Shown here piece after piece: positions 19,892 to 29,501 of a DNA stretch of 64,000 nucleotides; the first letter of the stretch is position 1; each line of letters starts with the position of its first letter. The DNA comes from a virus. The stretch is taken from the IMG/VR virus record IMGVR_UViG_3300025769_000069. One strand, 5' to 3'. The notes under the pieces were generated by a model, which saw only the letters and a list, made by a program, of their open reading frames with translations, made no database searches and had not been told where the DNA came from. Made by a program: the position numbers and the translations under genes.

Positions 19892-20967
19892 TGTCACATA
19901 ATTATAAAGATAGAACACTAATAGACAATAATAGATTGCCATTGAATTTTCAAAGGGCAGAAATTGATAATGTTTTGCCAGAATATTTTGGCATTGATTT
20001 TCCAAAACTAAAACAACTTTTTGAAGCATATTATGAGTTTATGGATTCTGCTGATGGGCCATCAACTAAGATTAGAAATTTATATGAATCTAAAGATGCT
20101 ACACAAGCTCCAGATATAAATCTTCCCTTTTTAGAAGATGAGTTACTCTTAGGGCAATCTTATTTTGGTGGATTTTTAAATAAAAGAGAAGCTATTAAAT
20201 TTTCTAATCTATTGTATAGATCAAAAGGAACAAAGTATTCTACCGAACAGTTCTTTAGAGGATTTTATGGTAAAGACCCTACAATAGTTTATCCAAAAGA
20301 AAATATTTTTAAAATTGGTCCAGAAATAGATTATTCTTTAAATAGTTCTAATATTGCTGGAGAACAAATAAAAACTCCTGCTTCAGAAATAGGAGCAACG
20401 TCTGAACGATATCTGACTGATGATAAGCTTTATCAAGTAATGTCAATACTTATTCGTGTTGGTGTTTCTATCACAGACTGGAGAGATGTATATAAGTTGT
20501 TTGTCCATCCAGGTGGAGTGTATTTAGGTGCAGAACTTTTACTTGAATTAGTTAATGAAAATGCTTTGGAAGATCAAGTTGGTGCTGGTGATCCAATTGT
20601 AGAAGCAGTTCAAAGAACTCTTGTTGCTGATCTAACTTCTAGCGCATTCTCAAGTACTACACTCCTAGTAGATGGCGACACAACATACGGTATTCACAGA
20701 CAAAATACAGATCAGTTCTTCAGACAAATTGGAGACATTTCAATTACTGATATGCAAGGTTATACTCTTGAAGAAATGTTGGATGCTAATTCTTCAACTA
20801 TGGATGATTCAGATTCTATTACTTCAGTATTTAGAACTTCTGCGACCTTTGATGAAGAGAATTCACTTGGTGACAGTGATCTTGTTCTATCTACATTTGA
20901 TGAAGGTAAAACATGGACAGTATTTGATTCTGCAAATACCGCAGATTCTGATAATTGGATACCATAA
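19891..20967 (+). CDS. Baseplate wedge protein, short gp7-like
   Basis: EAYYEFM, LYRSKGT...FFR.FYG, KLFVHPGG; follows gp6. Confidence 0.7.
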   Translation: MSHNYKDRTLIDNNRLPLNFQRAEIDNVLPEYFGIDFPKLKQLFEAYYEFMDSADGPSTKIRNLYESKDATQAPDINLPFLEDELLLGQSYFGGFLNKREAIKFSNLLYRSKGTKYSTEQFFRGFYGKDPTIVYPKENIFKIGPEIDYSLNSSNIAGEQIKTPASEIGATSERYLTDDKLYQVMSILIRVGVSITDWRDVYKLFVHPGGVYLGAELLLELVNENALEDQVGAGDPIVEAVQRTLVADLTSSAFSSTTLLVDGDTTYGIHRQNTDQFFRQIGDISITDMQGYTLEEMLDANSSTMDDSDSITSVFRTSATFDEENSLGDSDLVLSTFDEGKTWTVFDSANTADSDNWIP

Positions 20968-20972
20968 ACGGT

Positions 20973-20980
20973 TATAAATA
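20973..20980 (+). promoter_or_regulatory. T4-type late promoter
   Basis: Intergenic TATAAATA. Confidence 0.75.
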
Positions 20981-21008
20981 ATTTCAACTAACGAGATGAG
21001 AAAAACAA

Positions 21009-21992
21009 ATGGCTAGACGCACAATCAATACAGGATCTCTGGCAAATGATGGAACCGGCGATACGCTTCGTACTGCTGGAATAAAGATTAATTCTAATTT
21101 TGAAGAGCTGTACGCTAGATTAGGCGGTGATTCATCTGCATCAGGAACTACACTTCTTACAGACAGCGGTTTAGATTTTGTTGGTGTTTCTTATAGAACT
21201 AAACTTGGCTTTGTCGAAGGCGCTTCTCAAATCGAAATTACTTTTCCTGATTCAACAGGAAATATCTTACTTGATACTGCCACACAGACTTTGACTAATA
21301 AAACTATTAGCGCAGATAATAATACATTATCAGGAATTGCTGCTAGTAGCTTTGTCGTATCAAACGGTTCAGGTAATATTGACGGATCTGCTTCTGCTAA
21401 AGCTATTCCAACAGGCGTTGTTGTTGGTACTACTGATACTCAGAGCTTAACAAATAAAACACTTGGAAGTGGAACAGTTATTTCTGCTGGAGCCACTATT
21501 ACTTCTCCAAAAATTATAACTGGAATAAATGATACTAATAATAATGAAATAATTAAATTCACTGCCACTGGTTCAGCTACTAATGAGATTACAGTACAAA
21601 ATTCAAATGGTGGTGCTCCTTCAATAACTTCTACGGGTGGATCTACAAATATCAATTTAGCTCTGCAGTCTAAAGGCACAGGTTCGGTTACAGTTGATAA
21701 GTTTGCAATCCCAGTAGATTCGGCTATTAGTACTACATCCACCGCTTCTTCTACTGGATCACATTATACTGTAACAAATCTTATTACTGTTACTGTAGCT
21801 GATGGCAATGTGGCTGGAGAAATAAAAATATTTACAAATATTGGCACAAGTACAGTGACTATCGATCCAACTTCATTTGGTAATGCTAATCCAACATATA
21901 CCATCAAGCTTACCGAAGCGCAAGCGGTTATGATGGTATGGATAAATAGCAAATGGTATGTCATTGGTGGCGAATATACAATATCTGCATAG
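21009..21992 (+). CDS. gp9/gp10-like baseplate fibre connector
   Basis: INTGSLANDGTGDTLRTAGIKINSNFEELY; QTLTNKT repeats. Confidence 0.75.
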   Translation: MARRTINTGSLANDGTGDTLRTAGIKINSNFEELYARLGGDSSASGTTLLTDSGLDFVGVSYRTKLGFVEGASQIEITFPDSTGNILLDTATQTLTNKTISADNNTLSGIAASSFVVSNGSGNIDGSASAKAIPTGVVVGTTDTQSLTNKTLGSGTVISAGATITSPKIITGINDTNNNEIIKFTATGSATNEITVQNSNGGAPSITSTGGSTNINLALQSKGTGSVTVDKFAIPVDSAISTTSTASSTGSHYTVTNLITVTVADGNVAGEIKIFTNIGTSTVTIDPTSFGNANPTYTIKLTEAQAVMMVWINSKWYVIGGEYTISA

Positions 21993-22002
21993 GAAATAAA
22001 AA

Positions 22003-23466
22003 ATGAGTTCTATTTTAACAGATACACTTAAAAGAGACTTAGTTCAAAAGCTCTTTAATGAAAATGAAGGAACTAGAGTAGGTGATTCTGACAACAATTA
22101 CTATATTGCAATTGGTAGATCAGAAGTATGGAGCGATCCTACGAACGCTAGTGTTAATGATACAACCATTCCTGGTTTTAGTGTTAATAAGCGTGATGAA
22201 AGAGAATTCAGATATAGAATGCAGTCTGTAAAAGCAGTTGAAGCTTTCAGCTGGGTAGTACCAAAAAGAGATTGGACAGCAGGAGATACATATTATGAAT
22301 TCTCTGATTGGGAAACAACAAACCATCCAGCAGCACAATCGCCATATGTAATTACTGAAGATAATAACGTATATGTTTGTATTAGATCAAATAAAAACGC
22401 TGCTGGTGAAGAACAACCATCAGACCAAAAGCCAGATCATACTAATAACACTTTAACGCTTGAAACCGATGGTTACATTTGGAAATATCTATATACAATT
22501 TCAACACCAGATGCTAACAGCTTTATGACTGCTGCTTGGATGCCATGTAAGTATGTCGATTCAGCAGCTGCTGGTGATCCATACTATGGTCAGTACCTAG
22601 CAAAAACCGGAGCTGCAGCTGGTTCTATTGTGGCATATGATGTCATTAACGGCGGGACCGGATATTCAAACACTTCTGGTGCAATTACTTTAAGCGTTGT
22701 TGGAAATGGATCTGGCGCAACCTGTAGAGCTATCGTTCAAAGTAATGGCGTTATTGGTCATGTCATGATTGGTGATAGTGCTGGAGTTGGAGTTGATATA
22801 ACTAAACCAACTTTCAATGCTGCTCTTGGATCTGGTTACGATTATGCAAACGTAAAAATTACAATTAATTCTGGTGGTGGATCTGGAGCTATTATTAAAC
22901 CAGTCTTTGCTCCAGTTAATGGCCTTGGATATAATCCAATTGAGGATTTAAAAGCAAATGCGATTATGTTCAATATTAAGCCTGAAGCAGATGAACAAGT
23001 CAATGGTAGCCCAACTTTTGTAGTAGATCAAGATTATAGACAAGTAGGACTTCTTAGAAATCCTCTCAATTTTGATAGTGATAATGATGTTACCAAATTC
23101 ACCGGACTTTCTGGATTGGCTCTAAAACAAATGAAGTTAGATGGCCAATATACTGGACTTACTTTCCGAACACCCGACACTATTTCTAAGACTGGTGGAA
23201 CTGCTAAAGCTCTTTTAGATTGGTCAGATGCTGGATCTCCAACTAGAATTTGGTACCACCAAGATGATATTACTACAGGCTTTGAAGCCTTTGCTAATGG
23301 TGATACTATTTCGATTGGGGCTACGTCAGGCATCACGGCTGATTCTGCCGCAATAAGACCTGATGTTAACCCACACTCTGGTGATTTATTGTTCCTATCA
23401 AATATTGAACCAATCACTCGTGATGCAGTCCAAACCGAAGACATTAAAGTCGTTATTAGACTCTAA
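22003..23466 (+). CDS. 8: Baseplate wedge gp8
   Basis: YIAIGR..W, VYVCI, DGYIWKYLYTI, DYRQVGLLRNP, SGDLL, R...QTEDIKVVI. Confidence 0.88.
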   Translation: MSSILTDTLKRDLVQKLFNENEGTRVGDSDNNYYIAIGRSEVWSDPTNASVNDTTIPGFSVNKRDEREFRYRMQSVKAVEAFSWVVPKRDWTAGDTYYEFSDWETTNHPAAQSPYVITEDNNVYVCIRSNKNAAGEEQPSDQKPDHTNNTLTLETDGYIWKYLYTISTPDANSFMTAAWMPCKYVDSAAAGDPYYGQYLAKTGAAAGSIVAYDVINGGTGYSNTSGAITLSVVGNGSGATCRAIVQSNGVIGHVMIGDSAGVGVDITKPTFNAALGSGYDYANVKITINSGGGSGAIIKPVFAPVNGLGYNPIEDLKANAIMFNIKPEADEQVNGSPTFVVDQDYRQVGLLRNPLNFDSDNDVTKFTGLSGLALKQMKLDGQYTGLTFRTPDTISKTGGTAKALLDWSDAGSPTRIWYHQDDITTGFEAFANGDTISIGATSGITADSAAIRPDVNPHSGDLLFLSNIEPITRDAVQTEDIKVVIRL

Positions 23467-23475
23467 GGATATACA

Positions 23476-26442
23476 ATGGCTACTAATTTAACACAAACAA
23501 CGTTTGCAACAGAATATAAAGATGATTATCGTGATAGTGATCATTATCACCGAATTTTATTTAATAATGGTAGAGCTCTTCAAGCAAGAGAATTAACTCA
23601 ACTGCAAACTATCATCCAAGCTGAAACAGCGCGGATGGGAAAATTCTTATTCAAAGAAGGCGGAATATATGGATCCGCTGGAGCAGTTAGCTCTGGATTT
23701 AATCCAGTTGGATATGTTAAATTAGTTTCTTTTGGTGGTCTTGGAGATGATTATTCTACGCTTGTTGGAACAAGAATTTATAATAATGTCGGAACTGGTG
23801 ATGGTTGTACTGCTATTGTAAAAGCTGCAATTCCAGCTACTCTTGGTGGAGATCCAGCTACTTTGCTAGTAAGTTATATTAGTTCAGCCGAGGAAACTTC
23901 TTCTGATACAGAAGAAGCTCCAGCGACATTTAATGCTAATGATATTCTTAACTATAGCACTAGTGCTGGTACTGGTACTCTTACAGTAGCTGCCAATGAC
24001 CAAAGTGATTTGGCAATTGGTAAAGGATCTATGATTGAGACTCCAGCATTTGACACTTTCGTTGCTGGACATATGGTTACCGTTGAAGCTCAAACATTAG
24101 TTATTGAAAAATATAATCCAAACCCAACCGAAGTGATTGGTTTTGAGTTATATGAAGAAATTATTACAACGGCTGATGATAATGCTCTGTATGATAACGC
24201 TGGATCTACTCCTAACTTAACTTCACCAGGTGCTGATCGTTATAGAATTCGCTTGGTTTTGCAAAAAGAATCAGAGGCTGCTGCTGGAAAAACATTCTAT
24301 CGTTTGTATGAAATGATAAGTGGTGTAGTACGTAAGATTAATCATTCTGATGAACTCGGTGAAATCACAAACATGCTAGCAGCAAGAACGTTTGATATTA
24401 ATGGTGATTTTATTGTAAAAAATCCAGGTAATGAATTTAATCTATCTGTACAAACAGATAGTGACACAGATTATCTGCGCTATGTAGTAAATGGTGGTAC
24501 AGCATTTATTAAGGGTAATAGAGTTGAAAGAGCGGCTGCAGCCAATCCTTTAAGAGTTCAAAAACCGAGAAGCACATCTACTGATTTAGATACTAAAACA
24601 AATACGTTTATTTCATCAAGATATGGTAACTATGTACTAGCTGATAGCGCAAACTTTAGAGGTCTGATTGGAAAGATTTCTAATTTTGATACAATTAACT
24701 TGTATGATAATTATGCATTTGACAGCGCTATTGGTACAGCAAGAATTAGAAGTATTGATGAGTACGAAAATGAGTATCGAATTCATTTGTTTGATGTTAC
24801 TTTAAATGATACTAAATCATTTAGAAATATTTTAACTATTGGTACAGACTCAGCTGATTATGCTACTCTAAAAACTGTACAAGGTGTGGTAAGTCTAATT
24901 GATAAAGAAGATAATTCGCTCTTATTCCCATTAGGTCGGAGAAGAGTTCAATCAGTTTCAAATGTTACAATGCCAGTTACTCGTATCGATACTGATACAG
25001 TAGTTGGTGGCACTGCTAGTTTCCAAGTTTCTGATATTTCAAATAATACATTTACAGATGGTGAGAATTGGATACTACAGTACGATTCAGCTGGTGAGCA
25101 TATATCCCCTCCAGCTTATGATGCTGTTGGTGGAACAACAACTACTATCTCAAATTTGGAAAATGGTAAAGCTGTTAGACTATTAGCATATGAAAATAAG
25201 CCAGCTGTATTAAAAATTAAACGTAGACAATCAAATCAAACTGAATCAGTTTCAATTAGCAATAGAGAATTTAAATTAAGTAAAGCTGATATTTACTTAT
25301 TTAGATCTGTGGTTGAAGATGCTACTGGTTTAGATATTACGAATAGATTTATATTTGATAATGGACAGAGAGATAACTTTTATACTGTCGGTGGAGGAAG
25401 AGTCAAGCAGGGTAAAACAGTACCGGGTGGTACGATAACAGTTACCTATGACTATTTCACTCATACTGCTGGAGACTATTTCGCTGGGAAAAATTCTTAT
25501 CCCGACATTGCTTATGAAAAAGTTCCATTCTATGCAACAAGCACCGGAAAATCTTATCGATTGACTGATGTTATTGATATGAGACCAGTAAAAAATAATA
25601 CTGGAGCTAATTTTACAGGAACTGGTGCAGTTATTGAGCCATTGCCAAAGAATGCCTCTACGATTACTGTAGGTAGTATTTCAAACTGGCAGCCACGGAT
25701 TGATGTAATTCATATGTCGCCTACCGGAACTTTACAGGTTACACCTGGTGAAACAGATAATAGTCCTATCTTACCTAATATAAAACCTCAAGATCTGATA
25801 TTGCACACAGTAACTTTAAATCCATATACTTTCGATGAAAGAGATCTAACCATTAGAACTGTAGATCATCGCGGATTTAATATGTCTCAAATCCGTAATA
25901 TGGATGATAGATTACGTAATGTAGAAAAACTTACAGCTCTTACAATAGCTGAACAAGATTTACAAGCGCTTACTGTTAGAGATCCTAATGATGCCACTTT
26001 ACCAGACAGAGTAAAGCAAGGTATTACTGGTGATACTTTTACAAGTAATATACAATCTCATATCTCAGACATAGATTATAGAGCTCGTCTTGATAAAAAT
26101 CTAGGTATGGTAGGCCCGCTTGTTTTTGGTAGAACAAGCTCTCTATATTACGATTCAAACGAATCAGTGAGTACAAAAATTTATGGTAATACTGTTTGGC
26201 CAAAATTCACTGAAGAAGTTATGATTAATCAAAATGTAGCTTCAAAAGCTATTAATGTAAATCAATTTGAACTAAATAAGAATGTTGGATCTGGAGAAAT
26301 AGCACCACCTCGTCAAGCTTTCTCAACTCGTAAGAAAGTTGATGTTAGTTATGAATTAGGTTCAACTGCTGCTATAGCTGAAATTGGTACAAGTGTAGTT
26401 TCATCACAAGGTCAAGAAAATACAGATGGTGGAGTAGGATAA
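23476..26442 (+). CDS. VrlC/DUF4815-like large virion protein, part 1
   Basis: YKDDY...YHRILF..GRALQARELTQLQTI, LYDNA.....PGADRY, FDNGQRDNFY. Confidence 0.75.
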   Translation: MATNLTQTTFATEYKDDYRDSDHYHRILFNNGRALQARELTQLQTIIQAETARMGKFLFKEGGIYGSAGAVSSGFNPVGYVKLVSFGGLGDDYSTLVGTRIYNNVGTGDGCTAIVKAAIPATLGGDPATLLVSYISSAEETSSDTEEAPATFNANDILNYSTSAGTGTLTVAANDQSDLAIGKGSMIETPAFDTFVAGHMVTVEAQTLVIEKYNPNPTEVIGFELYEEIITTADDNALYDNAGSTPNLTSPGADRYRIRLVLQKESEAAAGKTFYRLYEMISGVVRKINHSDELGEITNMLAARTFDINGDFIVKNPGNEFNLSVQTDSDTDYLRYVVNGGTAFIKGNRVERAAAANPLRVQKPRSTSTDLDTKTNTFISSRYGNYVLADSANFRGLIGKISNFDTINLYDNYAFDSAIGTARIRSIDEYENEYRIHLFDVTLNDTKSFRNILTIGTDSADYATLKTVQGVVSLIDKEDNSLLFPLGRRRVQSVSNVTMPVTRIDTDTVVGGTASFQVSDISNNTFTDGENWILQYDSAGEHISPPAYDAVGGTTTTISNLENGKAVRLLAYENKPAVLKIKRRQSNQTESVSISNREFKLSKADIYLFRSVVEDATGLDITNRFIFDNGQRDNFYTVGGGRVKQGKTVPGGTITVTYDYFTHTAGDYFAGKNSYPDIAYEKVPFYATSTGKSYRLTDVIDMRPVKNNTGANFTGTGAVIEPLPKNASTITVGSISNWQPRIDVIHMSPTGTLQVTPGETDNSPILPNIKPQDLILHTVTLNPYTFDERDLTIRTVDHRGFNMSQIRNMDDRLRNVEKLTALTIAEQDLQALTVRDPNDATLPDRVKQGITGDTFTSNIQSHISDIDYRARLDKNLGMVGPLVFGRTSSLYYDSNESVSTKIYGNTVWPKFTEEVMINQNVASKAINVNQFELNKNVGSGEIAPPRQAFSTRKKVDVSYELGSTAAIAEIGTSVVSSQGQENTDGGVG

Positions 26443-26449
26443 TAAAAAA

Positions 26450-27613
26450 ATGGCATTACAATATCAACAAGTCGGCACAGAAATAAAATATAGAGAAGAA
26501 ACTCAAACTGTAGAACAAGATTTGGGTTATGAAGTCAATAATATCTGTAAACCCGCTTTTATCTTTTTTGAATTTGTTGGTCTTCGGCCATCAACACCGC
26601 ACTGGATTTTCTTTGATGGAGTAGATGTTACAAAATGGATTAATACAAGTTATAATTTAGATACTTATAACAACTCAGCAATTACTTCAAAGTTGAGAAC
26701 TCCAGGCGATACTTACATCGATGCTACTGCATTCCCAACAGCGCAAGGTGGGCCAACCAACGCTTCAGGGCCTATTAATAGTGATGCTGCGGGAACTATT
26801 AGTGGAGCATTTTACTTACAATCAAATGATACCCTATCTTTTAAAATTGGCACTCGAGTAATGACAGCGATTGATATTAGCATTTTAGACAAATCTAAAG
26901 CTTTATCATATGCTCAGGCTGAATTTTATTCTACAGGAGTATATGAAGTATATACAGAAAATACCGTGACCAGTCAAGTAGCGTATGATGTGCCAATATA
27001 CGATTGGGTAACTGTTGCAGATCCTCCCCCACCACCAAACAACAGTTCGAATGATAATGATAATGGTAGCTCTTCTAATCTCATTTATTCCCATTACGAG
27101 TCATCTACTAATACTGTCACTACGTGGAAAGATGGTATTACATGGGAAGACGCGATGAAAATCCGTAGTCAATCTACTGTAAAAAAGGAAAACAGGTTTG
27201 GCTGGGAAACCGGAGTTTTTGACCACACCAATTCAGGCGGTGGTGGCGGTGGTGGCTCATCACAAAAAGCAGGGTCTGGCGGATGTTGCTTTATTATGCT
27301 AGAAGCTAGATATGGAAATGGTACTATGGATAAAGTAGTACGGCGCTATAGAGATGAATATATGACAGATCGTAATCGCCGTGGATATTATCGTTTAGCA
27401 GAAGTTCTTGTACCATTAATGAGAAAGTCAAAAGTATTTAAATGGGTTGTTACAAAGACATTTGCTGATCCATTAGTTGCTTATGGAAAATATTACTATG
27501 GTGAAAATAAGTATGGTATTATATTTACTCCAGTAAAGAATTTTTGGATGAAAGTATTTGATATTGTTGGTGGAGAAACCAAGTTTATTCGAGAGAATGG
27601 GGAAGTAGTATAA
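26450..27613 (+). CDS. VrlC-like part 2 with C-terminal CFI-box-like domain
   Basis: GLRPST.H..FFDGVDV; Gly linker, then CCFIMLEARYG...RRYRD...GYY. Confidence 0.6.
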   Translation: MALQYQQVGTEIKYREETQTVEQDLGYEVNNICKPAFIFFEFVGLRPSTPHWIFFDGVDVTKWINTSYNLDTYNNSAITSKLRTPGDTYIDATAFPTAQGGPTNASGPINSDAAGTISGAFYLQSNDTLSFKIGTRVMTAIDISILDKSKALSYAQAEFYSTGVYEVYTENTVTSQVAYDVPIYDWVTVADPPPPPNNSSNDNDNGSSSNLIYSHYESSTNTVTTWKDGITWEDAMKIRSQSTVKKENRFGWETGVFDHTNSGGGGGGGSSQKAGSGGCCFIMLEARYGNGTMDKVVRRYRDEYMTDRNRRGYYRLAEVLVPLMRKSKVFKWVVTKTFADPLVAYGKYYYGENKYGIIFTPVKNFWMKVFDIVGGETKFIRENGEVV

Positions 27614-29277
27614 TGGCTGGTAATTTACAACTTACTGAACAACTTAACCCAATGGCTCAAACTTTTAGGGTTTTGGAACCAAGTGGATCTGTAATCACAA
27701 GTATAGGACTTTTCTTCTATAGTGCGCCTACAGTGACTCAAGACCAATTGCCAATTATGATTGAATTGCGGCCTGTTGTAGAAGGAGGCAATCCATCATC
27801 CCAAAGATTTATTCCTGGAACAAGAGTATCAGCTACTGCGGCTCAAATTAGAACAAAAGCTAGTACTACATTCTCTGATAGTACAGAATATAAATTTAGT
27901 TTTAAAGAACCAGTTTATATTCCAGAAAATACTGAAGTTGCTATTGTGGCATACACGTCAGCGCCGGCTGGACAATATAAAGTTTATGCCGGTACTCTTG
28001 ATGAATATCAATTGCCGAGTTCTAACACTTTAAAAGTTACACATCAATTAGATGCTGGTGTATTTTTTCAATCTTCTAATGGAACTGCTTGGTCAAAAGA
28101 TCAAAATACTGATATAGCATTCAAAGTATATAGAGCTATTTTTGATCAAAGTTATAACTATGCTAGAGTTAGAATTGCTCCTCCGGCGGAAAAACGGTTA
28201 ACAGAAAATAGATATACTGAAAATTATACACGATACGTAGCCGATCCTTTAATTCTAACATCTAGTGCTGATTCTGCTCAGATAATTCATCCAGCTCATG
28301 GATTCTTGCCCGGTGATAAAGTAACATTATCTGGATTAGATAGTGATACAGCATATGGCGGGGTGTTTGGCAAATCAATTATAGGTTCTAGAACAATAAC
28401 AAAAGCTGACCCATATGGATATACATTTATTATGGATTCTTCAGCTGATTCTAGCGGTAGATTTGGCGGAACAGATATGATAGCTACTGAGCAATATGTA
28501 ATTAATGATATGATTTTGGACTTACCGCATTTGTCACCACCAAACACAGAAATTTATGCAAATGGATCATTTATTACACATAAATCTTTTGGTGGCACAG
28601 AGACTGCTGGTGTTAGAACATCAAATGTAAAAGTTCCTATTAGGCAAATAGCAAGACTTAAAGATCCACACGTCATATTGTCTGCAGAAAATGAAGGAGT
28701 AGATAGTTCATCTACTTATTTAAACATCAGTCTAAATACAACGAACAAATACACCGCTCCTTATATTAATGTAAATGCTGGTACATTTGGATCTATTAGT
28801 AACTTTATTGATTATCAAGATTCTGCTTCTGAAGATATTAATTCAGATGGTGATAGTGATAGAAATACTCTTTCCACAATATCTTATGTTAGTGAAACTT
28901 TAGCCGATGGTGGAACAACTGCTTCAAAACATTTGACAATACCATTTGTTTTAGAAGATGATGCAACATCTATTAGAGTTATTATGGATGCTAGAAAGCC
29001 ACATGGATCTGATTTTAGTGTTTGGTATAGAACAAAACAAACTGCATCTGATACGCCATTAGCACAATCCACTTGGACTGAGTTTAGCAAAACAATCAAT
29101 CCGCCGAACTCATCTAATTATTCTCAGAAACCAATCAGTGAAGTCTATTCAGAATTTGAATTTAATGTATTTGATATACCATCCTTTGATGAGTATCAAA
29201 TTAAAATTACATTTAATTCTACTAGATCTTCAAACGTGCCTACATTCCAAAATTTAAGAACAATAGCTACAATATGA
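27613..29277 (+). CDS. VrlC-like part 3, virion structural protein
   Basis: NPMAQTF, TSIGLFF, F.FKEPVY, GVFFQSSNGTAW..DQ..DIAFKVYRA.F, LRTIA. Confidence 0.7.
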   Translation: MAGNLQLTEQLNPMAQTFRVLEPSGSVITSIGLFFYSAPTVTQDQLPIMIELRPVVEGGNPSSQRFIPGTRVSATAAQIRTKASTTFSDSTEYKFSFKEPVYIPENTEVAIVAYTSAPAGQYKVYAGTLDEYQLPSSNTLKVTHQLDAGVFFQSSNGTAWSKDQNTDIAFKVYRAIFDQSYNYARVRIAPPAEKRLTENRYTENYTRYVADPLILTSSADSAQIIHPAHGFLPGDKVTLSGLDSDTAYGGVFGKSIIGSRTITKADPYGYTFIMDSSADSSGRFGGTDMIATEQYVINDMILDLPHLSPPNTEIYANGSFITHKSFGGTETAGVRTSNVKVPIRQIARLKDPHVILSAENEGVDSSSTYLNISLNTTNKYTAPYINVNAGTFGSISNFIDYQDSASEDINSDGDSDRNTLSTISYVSETLADGGTTASKHLTIPFVLEDDATSIRVIMDARKPHGSDFSVWYRTKQTASDTPLAQSTWTEFSKTINPPNSSNYSQKPISEVYSEFEFNVFDIPSFDEYQIKITFNSTRSSNVPTFQNLRTIATI

Positions 29278-29501
29278 TAAGTAATTATTTAATAAAAGTT
29301 GAAGGCCATCCTGATCTAGCACGAGATCTTAGAACCAATGCGATTGTGAATATAAATAAAGAAAAAGCACAGCAAAGGCGCAAAGCTAGAGATGCAAAAT
29401 TAAAAGAACGTGAAGAGTTAGATCAAATAAAGTCTGATGTTAATGACATTAAAGCAATGCTGCAAAAACTATTAGAGAGCAAAAATAATGGCGAATTCTA
29501 G
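29274..29501 (+). CDS. Small coiled-coil protein
   Basis: KVEGHPDLARD..TNAIVN, recalled from aquatic T4-like phages; ATGA coupling. Confidence 0.75.
   Translation: MISNYLIKVEGHPDLARDLRTNAIVNINKEKAQQRRKARDAKLKEREELDQIKSDVNDIKAMLQKLLESKNNGEF

Noticed and set aside
27284-27613. Intein or Hint domain at GGCCF
   Set aside because: Only about 110 aa, looks helical, and lacks the TxxH and terminal HN motifs
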